From IMG/VR virus record IMGVR_UViG_3300021376_000001: a DNA stretch of 64,000 nucleotides; one strand, written 5' to 3'. Origin of the DNA: an uncultured virus (IMG/VR IMGVR_UViG_3300021376_000001). Its lineage: Duplodnaviria > Heunggongvirae > Uroviricota > Caudoviricetes. A program made the translations under genes and the position numbers. Of this stretch, positions 1-10,658 are shown piece after piece; the stretch's first letter is position 1, and each line of letters starts with the position of its first letter. The notes below the pieces were generated by a model. The model was given only the letters and a program-made list of their open reading frames with translations. It made no database searches and had not been told where the DNA came from.

Positions 1-371
1 GTTCTCTCCATGGCATAGCGCCATTCATGCGAAAGAGTTGGGTTGCTATACATGGGTTTTGGGTGTGGAATCAGAATGGATGTCATCAATAAGGTTGTAT
101 TCCCAGTCCTCAAGCGGGCGGGTTTCATTTTCCATGAAGGCATCAATGGCCTTCTGCATAACGGCCACCAGCTCATTAAAGCTCATGGGAGGATTTTGCT
201 GACCATCCATATGATCAAAAAAGCGGCAAGAATTGAAGTTGCGCTAGGCGCCAGAAATAAACCAAACGGGTCATGTTGGAAATAGAGCGAAAGGATCAAA
301 ATCAAGTGGGGCATCGTTGTCCATGCAAATAACTCCAGCGAAGGCCGCTGCTAATGCAGCGGCCGCAAGGT

Positions 372-1307
372 CTACTTTTTTGAGGCAACAAAAGCCTGAA
401 CAGCGCTAATTGCTAAATCGACATGAGCGTTGCATTGTTCACGAATCAAATCGAGCTCTTTCGTCATGGCAGCCTTGGTGATCTTGATGCCTTGTGCTTT
501 TGTCCATGCGCTGACCAAGGTGGTGATCACATTACCAAAGTCACCAGCGCTTTTGACATTGGTGCCAGTGTTGAGGCCAAGCTGCTCAAGGGTTTCCTTT
601 ACTGCTAGGCGCCCCTCTCTAACTTCGTCATAGCCAAGAGGATTGGCATTACAGAAGTCGAGGAGGGCTTGCCTTCCATCGAAGGGAGCAGTCCCTTCTG
701 TTTCGGTGGCAGTAGGGCTTGCGCTAGCAGTCGCCTGCTCCTGTTTTGATGCCGCAGTTTGCTTCGGAGCTGTCTGTTGCAATGGGAGTTTGGGTGATCC
801 CCTCTGGTCCTCCTCTTTGGGGATGTCTTCACCGGCGTAGAGGCGCAGTCCAAGGCCAGTGAAGGTGGCAATGCATTTAACTGCAGCACGCTGACAGTTG
901 TCGCTGATGGCACGTCCATCTAATTTCTCGACGGAGTTGTGCTTTCGATCCATGATCGGAAAGACAAGAGCAACTGTACGCCTGATGCCATCAGTGAGAT
1001 AAGGGCGCAGATAATAAAATCCAGGCCCGCCAAAAACCACTTCACCAATGGTTTTTTCCTCAAAGGCGATGAATAGCGTCGGGAAGTGTTCTTTGAGATA
1101 ACGGTAAGCGAAGGGCCACGAAAGGTAGGAAAGACCCTTGTAGTCTTTTTCAATGTGAGGACCAATGCTAGATGTGTCATACGCAGCTTTAAAAGCGTCT
1201 GCAGAGATGTCCAGGGGGGCAAACACGCCGTTGTAACGGTCGGTCATCGCCTGTTGAGCGGGGTCGTTCATCAAGGGAGGGGTGTAAAGAGAAAAGGAAT
1301 GTTTCAT
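372..1307 (-). CDS. Sak/DUF1071-like single-strand annealing protein
   Basis: Motifs GLSYLSWPFAY and ISDNCQRAAVKCIATFTGLGLRLYAGEDIP typical of Rad52-like Sak proteins. Confidence 0.8.
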   Translation of the reverse strand: MKHSFSLYTPPLMNDPAQQAMTDRYNGVFAPLDISADAFKAAYDTSSIGPHIEKDYKGLSYLSWPFAYRYLKEHFPTLFIAFEEKTIGEVVFGGPGFYYLRPYLTDGIRRTVALVFPIMDRKHNSVEKLDGRAISDNCQRAAVKCIATFTGLGLRLYAGEDIPKEEDQRGSPKLPLQQTAPKQTAASKQEQATASASPTATETEGTAPFDGRQALLDFCNANPLGYDEVREGRLAVKETLEQLGLNTGTNVKSAGDFGNVITTLVSAWTKAQGIKITKAAMTKELDLIREQCNAHVDLAISAVQAFVASKK

Positions 1308-1585
1308 AGTCGGTGCAGAAGGCCGCTGGCATATTTGTTTTTCGTCTCTTCATTGGAGTCATAAAAGATGACGAGATACTGGCCTGGCTTTTCCGCATTG
1401 CCGACAATGATGCTTTCCCCCGGTAAGGGCCAGTCATTGACCATGCGAATGTCGGTGATCACTTCGTGCGCATGCTCGTTGTAACAGTCGTCGTAAATGA
1501 CGCTTTCACAGTACAAACGCACGTCACAGTCGTTGTTTTCGACGAGAAAATCTGCTAGGTGGTTTTTGAGCTCAGAGGCTTTCAT
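1304..1585 (-). CDS. hypothetical protein
   Basis: ORF from MKASELK, overlapping both neighbours as in an operon; start approximate. Confidence 0.6.
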   Translation of the reverse strand: MKASELKNHLADFLVENNDCDVRLYCESVIYDDCYNEHAHEVITDIRMVNDWPLPGESIIVGNAEKPGQYLVIFYDSNEETKNKYASGLLHRL

Positions 1586-1880
1586 CAGCAAAGACGTTGT
1601 CGGGGTTGACGGTCTCCTCAGTGTGGTCCATGCATTCCTCCCATGCATTATCTGCCAGGGTGGCACTGCCTTCCCATACGGGAGTGGAGCGTATGAGACG
1701 CTCAAGTGCTTCACTATTTGACAACCTTGCATCATGGGCAATGTCGCCCAAATGACCAAAGGCTGTGTCGGTAAGCAGGATGTGGCGACGCTTTTTGTGT
1801 TCGCCGTAAACAGTCGTCAAAGCATCGGAAAGGGCGGCTTGGCACACCCTACACACCACTCTGAAGAGCGACAACCCCAC
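1572..1880 (-). CDS. hypothetical small DNA-binding-like protein
   Basis: KKRRHILLTDTAF...LSNSEALERLIR resembles a ribbon-helix-helix pattern; start uncertain. Confidence 0.45.
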   Translation of the reverse strand: MGLSLFRVVCRVCQAALSDALTTVYGEHKKRRHILLTDTAFGHLGDIAHDARLSNSEALERLIRSTPVWEGSATLADNAWEECMDHTEETVNPDNVFADESL

Positions 1881-1994
1881 GAATATGAAATCAAAATGAA
1901 GAGCGCAGGTGCTTTGTTAAGCCGCTCTTAAGCCTCAAATTCGCCATTGAAACCAGTCGTTTTTCTGCTACAACCATTGCACGCCTCTTCCCTC

Positions 1995-3959
1995 ATGAGC
2001 TTTTCCATCCTTGACCACATCGCAAAGTTGGAACCGTCTGGCAAGCCCGGAAAGTTCAATTGTCCCGCGTGTGGCGGTAATGATTTTACCTTTAATAAGA
2101 ACGATGGCTCGTACAACTGTTGGAACGATCCAAGCCCCAAACATCGCGCAGAAATTCGCAATGCCTTAGCCCCACTTGATCGCTGGGAGCGCCCACCCAG
2201 GCCCGCTGCCGTCTACACTTTTTCGTACCAAGGCGCTTCCGGTGCAAAGGTTTTGGAGGTGGTGCGCGATGATAGCAATGGTAAAAAAAGCATTCGCCAG
2301 AACTATCCTTCCATTCCCTGGGATGCACCACAACGCAAGCGCATGGTTGATGAGGCCAGGGCGCAAGTGTTGCCTTATAGATATGACGAAGCCATAAAGG
2401 CATCGGTAGCAGCGAAGCTTCCTATTTTTGTCGTCGAAGGAGAACTTACTTGCGACAAATTATGGGAGATAGGACTACCATCTGTTACATTTCTTGGCGG
2501 TAGTGGACAATATCGCGCCAATGGTGACTACTCATCATTGTTTCGCAGGCAACGCTTAGTCCTCTGTCCCGACAGGGATGAACCGGGCGTAGCCCTGATG
2601 CGCGAAGTGGCCGCCGACAATCCCGGCGCACAATGGCTCTATGCAGAGCCTGATTCATTTGAATGGGACAGCCTTCCTCAGACTGGCGGCTACGACCTGT
2701 CTGACTGGATTGACGACGGCGCTGACCAGGCCACTATTCTTGCCTCCATCGTCAACAAGGATCGGCACGAGGGTCATGATGGCAAGCCTTCGTTTGAAGA
2801 GATCATGACCACGCTTGAGCGCATGATCGGCCTTTATGGAAATGATGATCGCGTGGCCTTTGAAGGGCGGCAATGGCTGGAAAGCCATGGCCTAAAAATG
2901 CCTACGTCAGAACTGGATCGTTTGATTGGTGCCGCCAAAGGGCGTCTTGATGGCGCCCAGGAAATGGAAGTGTTGGACGCCAAGGCCATTGCCCAGTCAG
3001 AAGATGCTCGGAGCTGGACCATTGCCGGCATTTTGCCCGAAAGCAGTGTCATGCTGCTGGCTGCAGCACCAGGCTCAGGTAAAAGCACGTTGCTTTACAA
3101 CTGGGCATTACATGTTGCCACTGGCCGCTCTTGGAGCAACAGACGATGCAAGAAAGGCAAAGCGGTCATTATTCAATGCGATGAGCCTGTGGTGGATGCA
3201 GCAGAGAAGCTGCAGATCATTGGCTACGACACGCCTGACTTGGAGTCTGGTAACATTAGCTTCATCGAACGCTGGCGTTTCAGCAACATCCCGCAGCTCC
3301 TGAGCCACATCAAACGGCACCGGCCTCAGTTGGTCATGATCGACAGCCTTACGGCCTGTCTGGCTGGCATGAACGTCGATCTCATCCGCTCCGATGCAGG
3401 CAATCACATTTATGAGCTTCGGGACATTGCTAATCAATACAACTGCAGTATTGTCATCCTCCACCACCTCAACAAGAGCGGAGGCATCCGCGATAGCTCT
3501 AGTTTTGAAGCCAACGTATCGGAAGTGGTGAAGCTCTATCGCCCAGAGAACAACCCCGATAGCGCTCAGTTCATTTTTGAATGGACAAAGAGCCGCTCAG
3601 GCTTAGCTGGGAAGCACTTCCTAGTGCGCAATCCAAGCAGTTATGGCTGGACATACAAAGGGCCAGTCAATGACACCAACAATGATTTGGACAGGCTTGT
3701 CAACACCATCAACAACCGTCCAGACGAGAGATTTAATCGTATGCAGGCCGCTGCAGCCATTGGTAGTTGGGACAGCACGGCCGTTGGCCGCGTCTTAGAA
3801 GTGGGCAGGCGCCAGGGGCTGATAGCCAGTTCATTCTTGGTGGGCGAAAACGATGAGCGCACAAGGCTTTATCATTCATTTGACTATGTGGAACCGGATA
3901 TATCCATCCAGGAAAAACCAATCGAAGCGGAAACGCTCGACGACAACGACTGGTTCTGA
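1995..3959 (+). CDS. primase-helicase (Zn finger + TOPRIM + RecA/AAA_25-type ATPase)
   Basis: CPACGG..CW Zn finger, FVVEGE and CPDRD TOPRIM motifs, Walker A APGSGKS, Walker B LVMIDS, ILHHLNK. Confidence 0.85.
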   Translation: MSFSILDHIAKLEPSGKPGKFNCPACGGNDFTFNKNDGSYNCWNDPSPKHRAEIRNALAPLDRWERPPRPAAVYTFSYQGASGAKVLEVVRDDSNGKKSIRQNYPSIPWDAPQRKRMVDEARAQVLPYRYDEAIKASVAAKLPIFVVEGELTCDKLWEIGLPSVTFLGGSGQYRANGDYSSLFRRQRLVLCPDRDEPGVALMREVAADNPGAQWLYAEPDSFEWDSLPQTGGYDLSDWIDDGADQATILASIVNKDRHEGHDGKPSFEEIMTTLERMIGLYGNDDRVAFEGRQWLESHGLKMPTSELDRLIGAAKGRLDGAQEMEVLDAKAIAQSEDARSWTIAGILPESSVMLLAAAPGSGKSTLLYNWALHVATGRSWSNRRCKKGKAVIIQCDEPVVDAAEKLQIIGYDTPDLESGNISFIERWRFSNIPQLLSHIKRHRPQLVMIDSLTACLAGMNVDLIRSDAGNHIYELRDIANQYNCSIVILHHLNKSGGIRDSSSFEANVSEVVKLYRPENNPDSAQFIFEWTKSRSGLAGKHFLVRNPSSYGWTYKGPVNDTNNDLDRLVNTINNRPDERFNRMQAAAAIGSWDSTAVGRVLEVGRRQGLIASSFLVGENDERTRLYHSFDYVEPDISIQEKPIEAETLDDNDWF

Positions 3960-4554
3960 ACTAAGGCCCGCCTGGTTTCCACGGCAGGCCTTTTTAATGC
4001 TAATTACTACTTACGTTTGGGGTGGTATCACTCCAGATTAGGGTGATGTTATCGACGTTTTTAATAACTGCCGTTTATCAAGAATGCAGCTAACATAAAA
4101 AATACTATGTAAGGGCTTGTCCCCGATAATTGCAATGGCTTTTGAGCATCATCCGGGCCTTGCAGCCCTCCACGCAGTTATTGGCGCATCGAACGAGCCT
4201 TCCATTGAAGAAGAGTTGAAAGCCAAGACAGAATTGGAGGAGATCACAAGAGAGCTGCAAGAGGAGGGGCGCATTGAGCGCCCCAGGCGCAAAGGCTTTC
4301 GCTAGGGGACAATGCGAAAAGCGTCCATTGTTGCAAGAGATTTGGCGGCATGGGCTAAACTGGTCACGGAAAGTCCCGAGCGCATCCTGTTCCAGCATCG
4401 TTCAGGGTTAACCACCTTCTAGGAATGGCCTCCAGAGCCAGCGAAGCCCCCTAAAGGGGCGGAGCGGATCCGGCACAAGCCACAATCCCCTAGAAAAACA
4501 AACTGTTCAGGCTTGAGGAGATGATTAACATTGCGGAGGAAAAAAATCTCCATA

Positions 4555-4794
4555 ATGACTCTCCCTCCCAAGCCTGTTGAGCAGCTTCCTTCGCTAGAAC
4601 ACAACGGCATAGAAATTGTGTGTCGCATCCACCATGGTTTCTCCTCTCCGGCGCGAGGGCCGCAACCAGCGGCCCGATATTTGTACGGAGTTGTAAGCCC
4701 ACAGGGCGAACGGCACTGGCGTAACAATTTGCATGATATTGAGGCTCTCATCGACAGTGGCTTCAAAAGGGCAGCGGCTAGTGGTGTATCCTGA
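4555..4794 (+). CDS. hypothetical protein
   Basis: ORF MTLPPKP..., first of a run of + strand small genes. Confidence 0.55.
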   Translation: MTLPPKPVEQLPSLEHNGIEIVCRIHHGFSSPARGPQPAARYLYGVVSPQGERHWRNNLHDIEALIDSGFKRAAASGVS

Positions 4795-4814
4795 AGGCAA
4801 CGTCAAGGCATCTT

Positions 4815-5009
4815 ATGTTGCTTGATCCTCTTTCCGACAGCGAGTGGAACGAACTGTGTGCCCTCAAAAGGGCCATCGGCGATGGCCCTTCTTTCGTGGC
4901 TGCACACAAGATGGAAAGATTCACTGAATTGTTCGTAAGAACTCTGAAGGGAAAAGGAGATACAATGCGGCCAGCATTGCTTCCTCCACATGCCCAGGCC
5001 GGAGATTGA
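4815..5009 (+). CDS. hypothetical protein
   Basis: ATG ORF overlapping the next gene. Confidence 0.55.
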   Translation: MLLDPLSDSEWNELCALKRAIGDGPSFVAAHKMERFTELFVRTLKGKGDTMRPALLPPHAQAGD

Positions 5010-5730
5010 ATTTAAATCTGAACAAGAAGAGCTGAAATATGGCGTAAAGGTGCTGCTTGAGGCGGGCCTTACGCCTCAGGACATCGAACGTATTCGCGAG
5101 AAATGCAAGCCTGGACAAAATATGAGCAAGGAGCTCATTGGTCTGCGGCGTTTTATGGTGCAGGAGCTATTGGCTGCTCAAATGAGCAATCGTCAGATTG
5201 CGAATATGCTGCAGGTAAGCAAAGAAACTATCAATAGTGATAGGCACCACAATCGAGAGCTTTACACGGAAAAGCTTCTGGCATCAGCAGACGTGCATCG
5301 AGCACGTCTGCTGAAAGAGCAAATGGATTTAAAAGAGAAAGCGTTAGAAGCCTTTGAAGTGAGCAAGCGCAAGAAAACTACCACTATTAGCAATGGTGGA
5401 GACGACCGCGAAGGGGCCATCATCAAGGTGGAAGAAAGCGCAGGCGACTCAGGTTTCTTAAACGTGGCCAAAAATTCTCTGGTGGAACAGGCTAAGTTGC
5501 TGGGCTTGCATGAGCTGAAACGTGAAGAAAATCAAGACAAGAGTTACAGGCAATTTCTTCAAGACCTCTCTAAAACAATTGATAAAGAAAAGGAGCACAG
5601 GAGCGCAGTCGAACTGCGCGAGAATGCCCTACCAGTAAAGGCTTCTGAAATCAGCTTTGACATCGCAGAAGAGCCTGAACTAGGCCCTGGCGGTAAGCCT
5701 TTACCAAATCTTCAGGAAGAAGACTATTGA
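4990..5730 (+). CDS. HTH protein, putative terminase small subunit
   Basis: HTH MSNRQIANMLQVSKETINSD, helical core ending AKLLGL (common in TerS-like proteins), acidic tail. Confidence 0.5.
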   Translation: MPRPEIEFKSEQEELKYGVKVLLEAGLTPQDIERIREKCKPGQNMSKELIGLRRFMVQELLAAQMSNRQIANMLQVSKETINSDRHHNRELYTEKLLASADVHRARLLKEQMDLKEKALEAFEVSKRKKTTTISNGGDDREGAIIKVEESAGDSGFLNVAKNSLVEQAKLLGLHELKREENQDKSYRQFLQDLSKTIDKEKEHRSAVELRENALPVKASEISFDIAEEPELGPGGKPLPNLQEEDY

Positions 5731-5775
5731 CGAACTTGGCTATGGTCGGCAGGATAATTCTGTTGCTTTTGACCA

Positions 5776-6210
5776 TTGGCATTTTCTTTTTCCAGCGTCG
5801 AAGACTTCTTGAGGAAAACTAAAGAGGCTAAGGCTAAACAACGACCTGCCATTGAAGAGCACGTCCGCGATTACCTTGATGATCCCTACATGGTTGGTGT
5901 GAGCCCTGACCTTGCTGACACCATTACTGACCTTGTCGAAACGCACGGTGATGAGGCCTTGCGCCAGATTGCCTTGTTTTGTTTGGGCAAATGGTTTGAA
6001 GTGCATACTGGCGTTGTTCAACAATATGTCGAAAACGAAGATGTCCCCAAGGCATTGGCTTCCATCATGGACGCCACTCGCATCAGTGATTCCATCGCTC
6101 TTTTAGAAAGCGTTGGAAGCTTCAGCGGGGACGACGACTGGCGCCAAATGCTTCACGAAAGCCTCGTGAGCGCAGTTAATGATGCCATGAACCAACAGGA
6201 GTCCCGATGA
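5776..6210 (+). CDS. hypothetical protein
   Basis: 144 aa ORF with normal coding composition. Confidence 0.65.
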   Translation: MAFSFSSVEDFLRKTKEAKAKQRPAIEEHVRDYLDDPYMVGVSPDLADTITDLVETHGDEALRQIALFCLGKWFEVHTGVVQQYVENEDVPKALASIMDATRISDSIALLESVGSFSGDDDWRQMLHESLVSAVNDAMNQQESR

Positions 6211-6386
6211 CGGTGCCTCTCCCTAACACCATGCGCCTATTTGTTGTAACAACAAGTCTTGGCGAAGAAATCTCATTATCAGCACCTAGCGAGCTGGAAG
6301 CTCGCACAGTTTTTATGATGCAGTTTCCCAGGAAGCGTTATGCCTCGTTGCGGGAAGTGCCTCAAGACCCGGCCATGTTTGTATAA
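6207..6386 (+). CDS. hypothetical protein (59 aa, not in ORF track)
   Basis: ATGA overlap with the previous stop; MTVPLPNTMRLFVVTT...DPAMFV. Confidence 0.5.
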   Translation: MTVPLPNTMRLFVVTTSLGEEISLSAPSELEARTVFMMQFPRKRYASLREVPQDPAMFV

Positions 6387-6584
6387 GACCCGGCTCACCA
6401 TGTATCGCTTCTGATCATGCCGTTTCGCTTCTCCACTGCTGCCGCCGGGGGCCGCCTGATGGTCGGCCCCTTGGAACTGGAATGGGGCAACACCGTTGTT
6501 CCAGGTTGCCAGTTGATGGGAGCGCCTTCCTGGGGCTGGACCACCATTTCCTGGGGGCCTTGCTCCTGGTTTCTAGGTTGAGCC

Positions 6585-6995
6585 ATGGACACACTACCGC
6601 CCATGGTATCCATCTGTATTCCACCTGAATTGGCGGTGGAAGCAATGGCAAAAGCACAAGAGCAGCCCCCGCTGCATCCAGCTTGGGCAAAGGGACATCA
6701 ACGTGGTCGCCACTTTGTTATCTCCACCAACAGCCTGGAGGATTTGAGCGAACTGGCGGACTTTGCTCGTGTGGAACTGGAAGAACCAGAAATGCCGCTA
6801 TCTAAGTCAAGACGGCAGGCTTGTCAAGCCCTTCTGGATCGCACACATCGATATGCCGTCTTGGAGGCTTTGGGGGAATGCCACTGCATGGCAGTGGCTT
6901 GGAGGGACAAGCCACTTCGAGGCACTAAGGCCTCCTCCCGCATTGTTAAAGAACTTAATGAAAGCAGCAAAGGCTTGACTCGTCGCAAAAGATAG
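6585..6995 (+). CDS. hypothetical protein
   Basis: 136 aa ATG ORF in the co-oriented cluster. Confidence 0.6.
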   Translation: MDTLPPMVSICIPPELAVEAMAKAQEQPPLHPAWAKGHQRGRHFVISTNSLEDLSELADFARVELEEPEMPLSKSRRQACQALLDRTHRYAVLEALGECHCMAVAWRDKPLRGTKASSRIVKELNESSKGLTRRKR

Positions 6996-7041
6996 GCCAT
7001 CATTCAAGCGGAACGCGAGTTCCGCCGTTTGCCTACTAACC

Positions 7042-7440
7042 ATGTCTTCCCTTCCTTTCAAAAGCGTCAGGGCTCATAAAAGCGAGCTGGGCATTGCCGT
7101 GTTTGCCCGTGACCGTTGGAGCAATAGCCTTCCCATCATGTTGGGCAGTGAGCCTGTGGTGGACAGCACATTTCGCGTGGAATCCCTGCTTTGCTACTGC
7201 CAGGCTCTTGAATTGGCAATGCAATGCATTGAAGACCATGCGCGTGAAATCAAACCCACTCCGGCATTGTCTGATGCATTAAATGAGCTGCAAAAGCTGC
7301 AATGGCGCTTTGAAGCCATGGCAGAAGATGCTCGCCAAATGCATGCCGCCGTAGTTGAGCATATATCCTGCAGCCAGCCCGAAATGATGCAAGACTATTT
7401 ATCTGCATTTACGAAGGCAGTGGGACAGGGAGACGTATAG
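7042..7440 (+). CDS. hypothetical protein
   Basis: 132 aa ATG ORF abutting the next gene. Confidence 0.6.
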   Translation: MSSLPFKSVRAHKSELGIAVFARDRWSNSLPIMLGSEPVVDSTFRVESLLCYCQALELAMQCIEDHAREIKPTPALSDALNELQKLQWRFEAMAEDARQMHAAVVEHISCSQPEMMQDYLSAFTKAVGQGDV

Positions 7441-7715
7441 TGCAATATAAAACTGCAGAAGGTTATTCTTTGCTGCTAACAAACTTAATGTTTGTCATTG
7501 CCAAGGCAAAAGAACCTGGCGCAAGTTCTATTGACATTGCCCAAGAGACCATTGAGGTGACGGCCGAATGGTTCGATGAAGTGCTCGACACTATGGGCAT
7601 CATGCCGTCGTGTATCCCCACTCTTCTGCGTTGGCAGGCTCATTCCCATGAATACGCATTCGACAAAAGCCAAATTTCAATCGGAGACGATGAAATGGAT
7701 GACAAGCCCATCTGA
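7440..7715 (+). CDS. hypothetical protein
   Basis: GTG start overlaps the previous stop. Confidence 0.55.
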   Translation: MQYKTAEGYSLLLTNLMFVIAKAKEPGASSIDIAQETIEVTAEWFDEVLDTMGIMPSCIPTLLRWQAHSHEYAFDKSQISIGDDEMDDKPI

Positions 7716-8050
7716 AGTTTTGCATGCCATGGCCAATCGCATGCAGAGACTAGAAAAGCGCCTTGCACAAGCAAGGCGCCATGAAGATGAGATTATGTTG
7801 GAACTCTACCGACGCATTAACTACATCTAACCATCGGCCCCTGACGGGGTCTTTTCGTTTGTCCATGTATGGTCACCGGGCAGTGGTTCCATGCCCACAT
7901 CCCAAGTGTCGTAATCGTCATCGTTGCGAGGGTCTGATTGTTGACTTGTTTGTAGCCAGAAGGCTACACGTCGTTTCCCCCCTTCCTGACGCGATTTCAT
8001 GCAGCATTTTGTAGGGCGCCCACATTATGGCCCCTTTTAAATCTGAGCGC

Positions 8051-8078
8051 AAAAAAAGGGGCAATGCCCCCTTTTTTT
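8051..8078. terminator. bidirectional intrinsic terminator
   Basis: A7-GGGGCAATGCCCC followed by a T run. Confidence 0.75.
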
Positions 8079-8420
8079 ATTAGGCGTGGCCTCCGATGAG
8101 CAATTTTAACCTTTAGGAGCAGAGCTCAACTTAAGGGACAGTGCGCCTCTGAGGCCCATGCGTGCCTTGGCTTGGTCGCAACGACCGCGCCTCACACTGT
8201 CTCGCCCGTCCACCCTTACGGCTCGCCTGACGACAAGGGCAGCGATTAAGCCACCAGGACCGACCACGCGAATAATCTTAGCACCATGTTGCCCTGTCAT
8301 CAACTTGAAATCTAAGCAAATCTTTACAAACCTTGCAAATCCTCTGTGATGTGGGCGAGAATCGAGGAGCCAATGCCTGGAGACAAGCTTGGGCCTCTGG
8401 AGTTATCCCCCTTTTGATTA

Positions 8421-8774
8421 ATGCATCGTTTTTTAATCCCATTCCTGCTGCTCGGCTCTACCATCCCAGCCCGAGCGGCATCGCTTCAATGCGGCCATGC
8501 AAGCCATTACGGCATTGGCGACGGCTATCACGGACAGCGCACTGCCAGTGGCCATCGTTTCAATGCTTACGGCCTCACTGCTGCCCATCCATCGCTACCA
8601 CTGGGCTCCAAAGTCATCGTAAAGAATCGTGACAATGGTAGAACCGTAGTGGTGACCATCAATGATCGCGGTCCTTATGCTCACGGGCGCATCCTTGATC
8701 TGTCATACGGCAGCTTCTCCAAGATTGCATCACCAGGGCAGGGGACTGCCCGCATCTGCCTCTCGCGCATCTAA
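8421..8774 (+). CDS. rlpA: RlpA-like double-psi beta-barrel (lytic transglycosylase family) with signal peptide
   Basis: ASHYG..G.RTASG.RF..LTAAH.SLPLGS.V.V.N..VVVTINDRGPY..GRILDLS. Confidence 0.9.
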   Translation: MHRFLIPFLLLGSTIPARAASLQCGHASHYGIGDGYHGQRTASGHRFNAYGLTAAHPSLPLGSKVIVKNRDNGRTVVVTINDRGPYAHGRILDLSYGSFSKIASPGQGTARICLSRI

Positions 8775-8776
8775 CC

Positions 8777-8956
8777 ATGGCTTCTCCGCTCCTTAACGCC
8801 GCTTTCCTGGCGGCATCCATCGGACTGGGCGTGTTTGCTCTTGTAGCCGGCCCTGAAGTGCAGCCCAATCACGTTGGCCTGGCCGAATGCCGGCAGCTCC
8901 ACCCTGAACGCTACTGCCGCATTGCTAACGGCTTCCCAGTGAAGCCCCTGAAGTAG
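8777..8956 (+). CDS. small membrane/secreted protein (59 aa)
   Basis: MASPLLNAAFLAASIGLGVFALVAG...CRQLHPERYC; followed by a terminator hairpin at about 8978-9003. Confidence 0.55.
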   Translation: MASPLLNAAFLAASIGLGVFALVAGPEVQPNHVGLAECRQLHPERYCRIANGFPVKPLK

Positions 8957-9055
8957 TAGCCTTCTCCTGGAATGTTCAAGGCCCCTTGACAGGGGCCTTT
9001 TTTATTGCAATGATGGGCGGAGCTCGCGAGAGCTGTCCTCTGTGTAAAAAAACCA

Positions 9056-9454
9056 ATGACCGTCGCAAGCAAGCATTTCCGCGTCAGCAAGAAGGCTGCT
9101 GAAGCCCTGGGCGTCACCGTGCTCAACGTGATGCAGCATTGCGTGATCGTGCGCACCCGCAAGGGGCCCCGCTTCATGAGCCGCAAGAAATTTGATGTGT
9201 GGGAGCAGGAGCAGCGTGCCCATAAGGCACGCAAATGCCACGTTCGCTACCTGGCGAACAATGTGTGGATGGTGCTGGATCCCGCCACGCCCACTGATGC
9301 CCACACTGTCATCCGCACTGGCGCTCAAGCCAAGAACATCGAAGGCAAGTGGAGCTGCACTTGCACTGATGCCCACTTCATGCTGGAGCGGGGCCAGGAG
9401 CCTTGCTGCAAGCACATCCTTGCCGCCCACATGCAACTTGCAATGGGGCATTGA
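9056..9454 (+). CDS. SWIM zinc-finger protein
   Basis: CTCTD...CCKHILA matches SWIM CxC-Xn-CxH. Confidence 0.75.
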   Translation: MTVASKHFRVSKKAAEALGVTVLNVMQHCVIVRTRKGPRFMSRKKFDVWEQEQRAHKARKCHVRYLANNVWMVLDPATPTDAHTVIRTGAQAKNIEGKWSCTCTDAHFMLERGQEPCCKHILAAHMQLAMGH

Positions 9455-9645
9455 TAGGGCTGGGCTGGGCTTCACGAGGCCCAGCCCTCACCGCCTGCTC
9501 CGTGGCGGCGCCTCATGAAAAATCATTGGGCGCCCTCAGCATAGCGTGTGCCAATCCAATCACCGGCCACTTTGCTTGCATCGTGCCCTGATTTCGCCTA
9601 CCTTATGTCTTGTTCGGGGCGCGAGCCTCATCCCCCTCCATTACC

Positions 9646-9888
9646 ATGCATCGCCCTTACGAAGGCCATCGCGAGAGCCCTTATCTCGCCAAGCTTGAAG
9701 CAGACCGCCAAGCTCAACACTGGGGCTATGGCGTGCGCAAATATCATATGGCCAATGGTTCTATCAAATGGGAGGCCTACACCTGGGAGCGCGTTACAGA
9801 GCTCATGGTCACCTCCACGCCCATCAGCGACCTGTTTGACCACCAGTGGGAAGCAGAGCATTTTTTTGATCTCCTGAAAAACCGTTGA
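9646..9888 (+). CDS. hypothetical early-type protein
   Basis: ATG ORF after a 5' hairpin. Confidence 0.55.
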   Translation: MHRPYEGHRESPYLAKLEADRQAQHWGYGVRKYHMANGSIKWEAYTWERVTELMVTSTPISDLFDHQWEAEHFFDLLKNR

Positions 9889-9893
9889 TAGCC

Positions 9894-10154
9894 ATGACCA
9901 CCATCCCTACCATCCATCTCAACGGCACTGGAGCCATCACTTTGCGCGATGAATATATGGCTGCTTACACGGCCATCAACAGCGCAATCAGCATGCTGCT
10001 TGCCGCCACTTGCAACGCTCGCGACTTCTACCCCCAAGGCTCTGATGCTTATTACAAAGCTCGCGATGAGCGCGTCGAAGCCGTTTCTAAGCTTCGTGAA
10101 GCCCATGCCTATGTGGGGGAAATTCTGATGGGCATCGCCGATCAAATGCCATGA
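9894..10154 (+). CDS. hypothetical phage protein
   Basis: PTIHLNGTG...NARDFYPQG; tightly packed with neighbours. Confidence 0.6.
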   Translation: MTTIPTIHLNGTGAITLRDEYMAAYTAINSAISMLLAATCNARDFYPQGSDAYYKARDERVEAVSKLREAHAYVGEILMGIADQMP

Positions 10155-10360
10155 ACAATCAGCGTCCTCCTCAGCCCGTGTTCACCATCATCTTGGAAAT
10201 GTCCACCATAGGCCGTCGTCCTTCTGTAACAAAGCGTTTCAGTATTGCAGCACCCGATGAAAAGACTGCTCTCATGAAAGCATTCATCCATGCAAAAGCT
10301 GGTAGTCGATGCAAAGTGCTAGACCATCGCGTCACTCAACAACCTGCCGTTTATTGGTAG
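10151..10360 (+). CDS. hypothetical protein
   Basis: ATGA overlap with the previous gene. Confidence 0.5.
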   Translation: MNNQRPPQPVFTIILEMSTIGRRPSVTKRFSIAAPDEKTALMKAFIHAKAGSRCKVLDHRVTQQPAVYW

Positions 10361-10365
10361 GAACA

Positions 10366-10608
10366 ATGCAACACGGAACAAAAACGCTCTCGCTAACTAT
10401 TAATCAGCGCAATCTATATATGTACTTTTTAGCGCATTGCAAAAATAATCAAAACACTCCTTGTTTTGTTCCTAAATTGCCCGTTCAAGGCAATAGTAAA
10501 GCCGACTATATTCGCTGCATCAAAGCATGCGAAGAAAAGGGCTTATTTATTGTTGATAGAAGCGCTGATAATTACACTGGCTGGATCATGATGCCAGTTA
10601 CCACATAA
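10366..10608 (+). CDS. hypothetical protein
   Basis: AT-rich ORF from MQHGTK. Confidence 0.5.
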   Translation: MQHGTKTLSLTINQRNLYMYFLAHCKNNQNTPCFVPKLPVQGNSKADYIRCIKACEEKGLFIVDRSADNYTGWIMMPVTT

Positions 10609-10658
10609 ATATATATACGGCATATATATCACGTTCGTTCTTTCTTTCGCATTGAATC

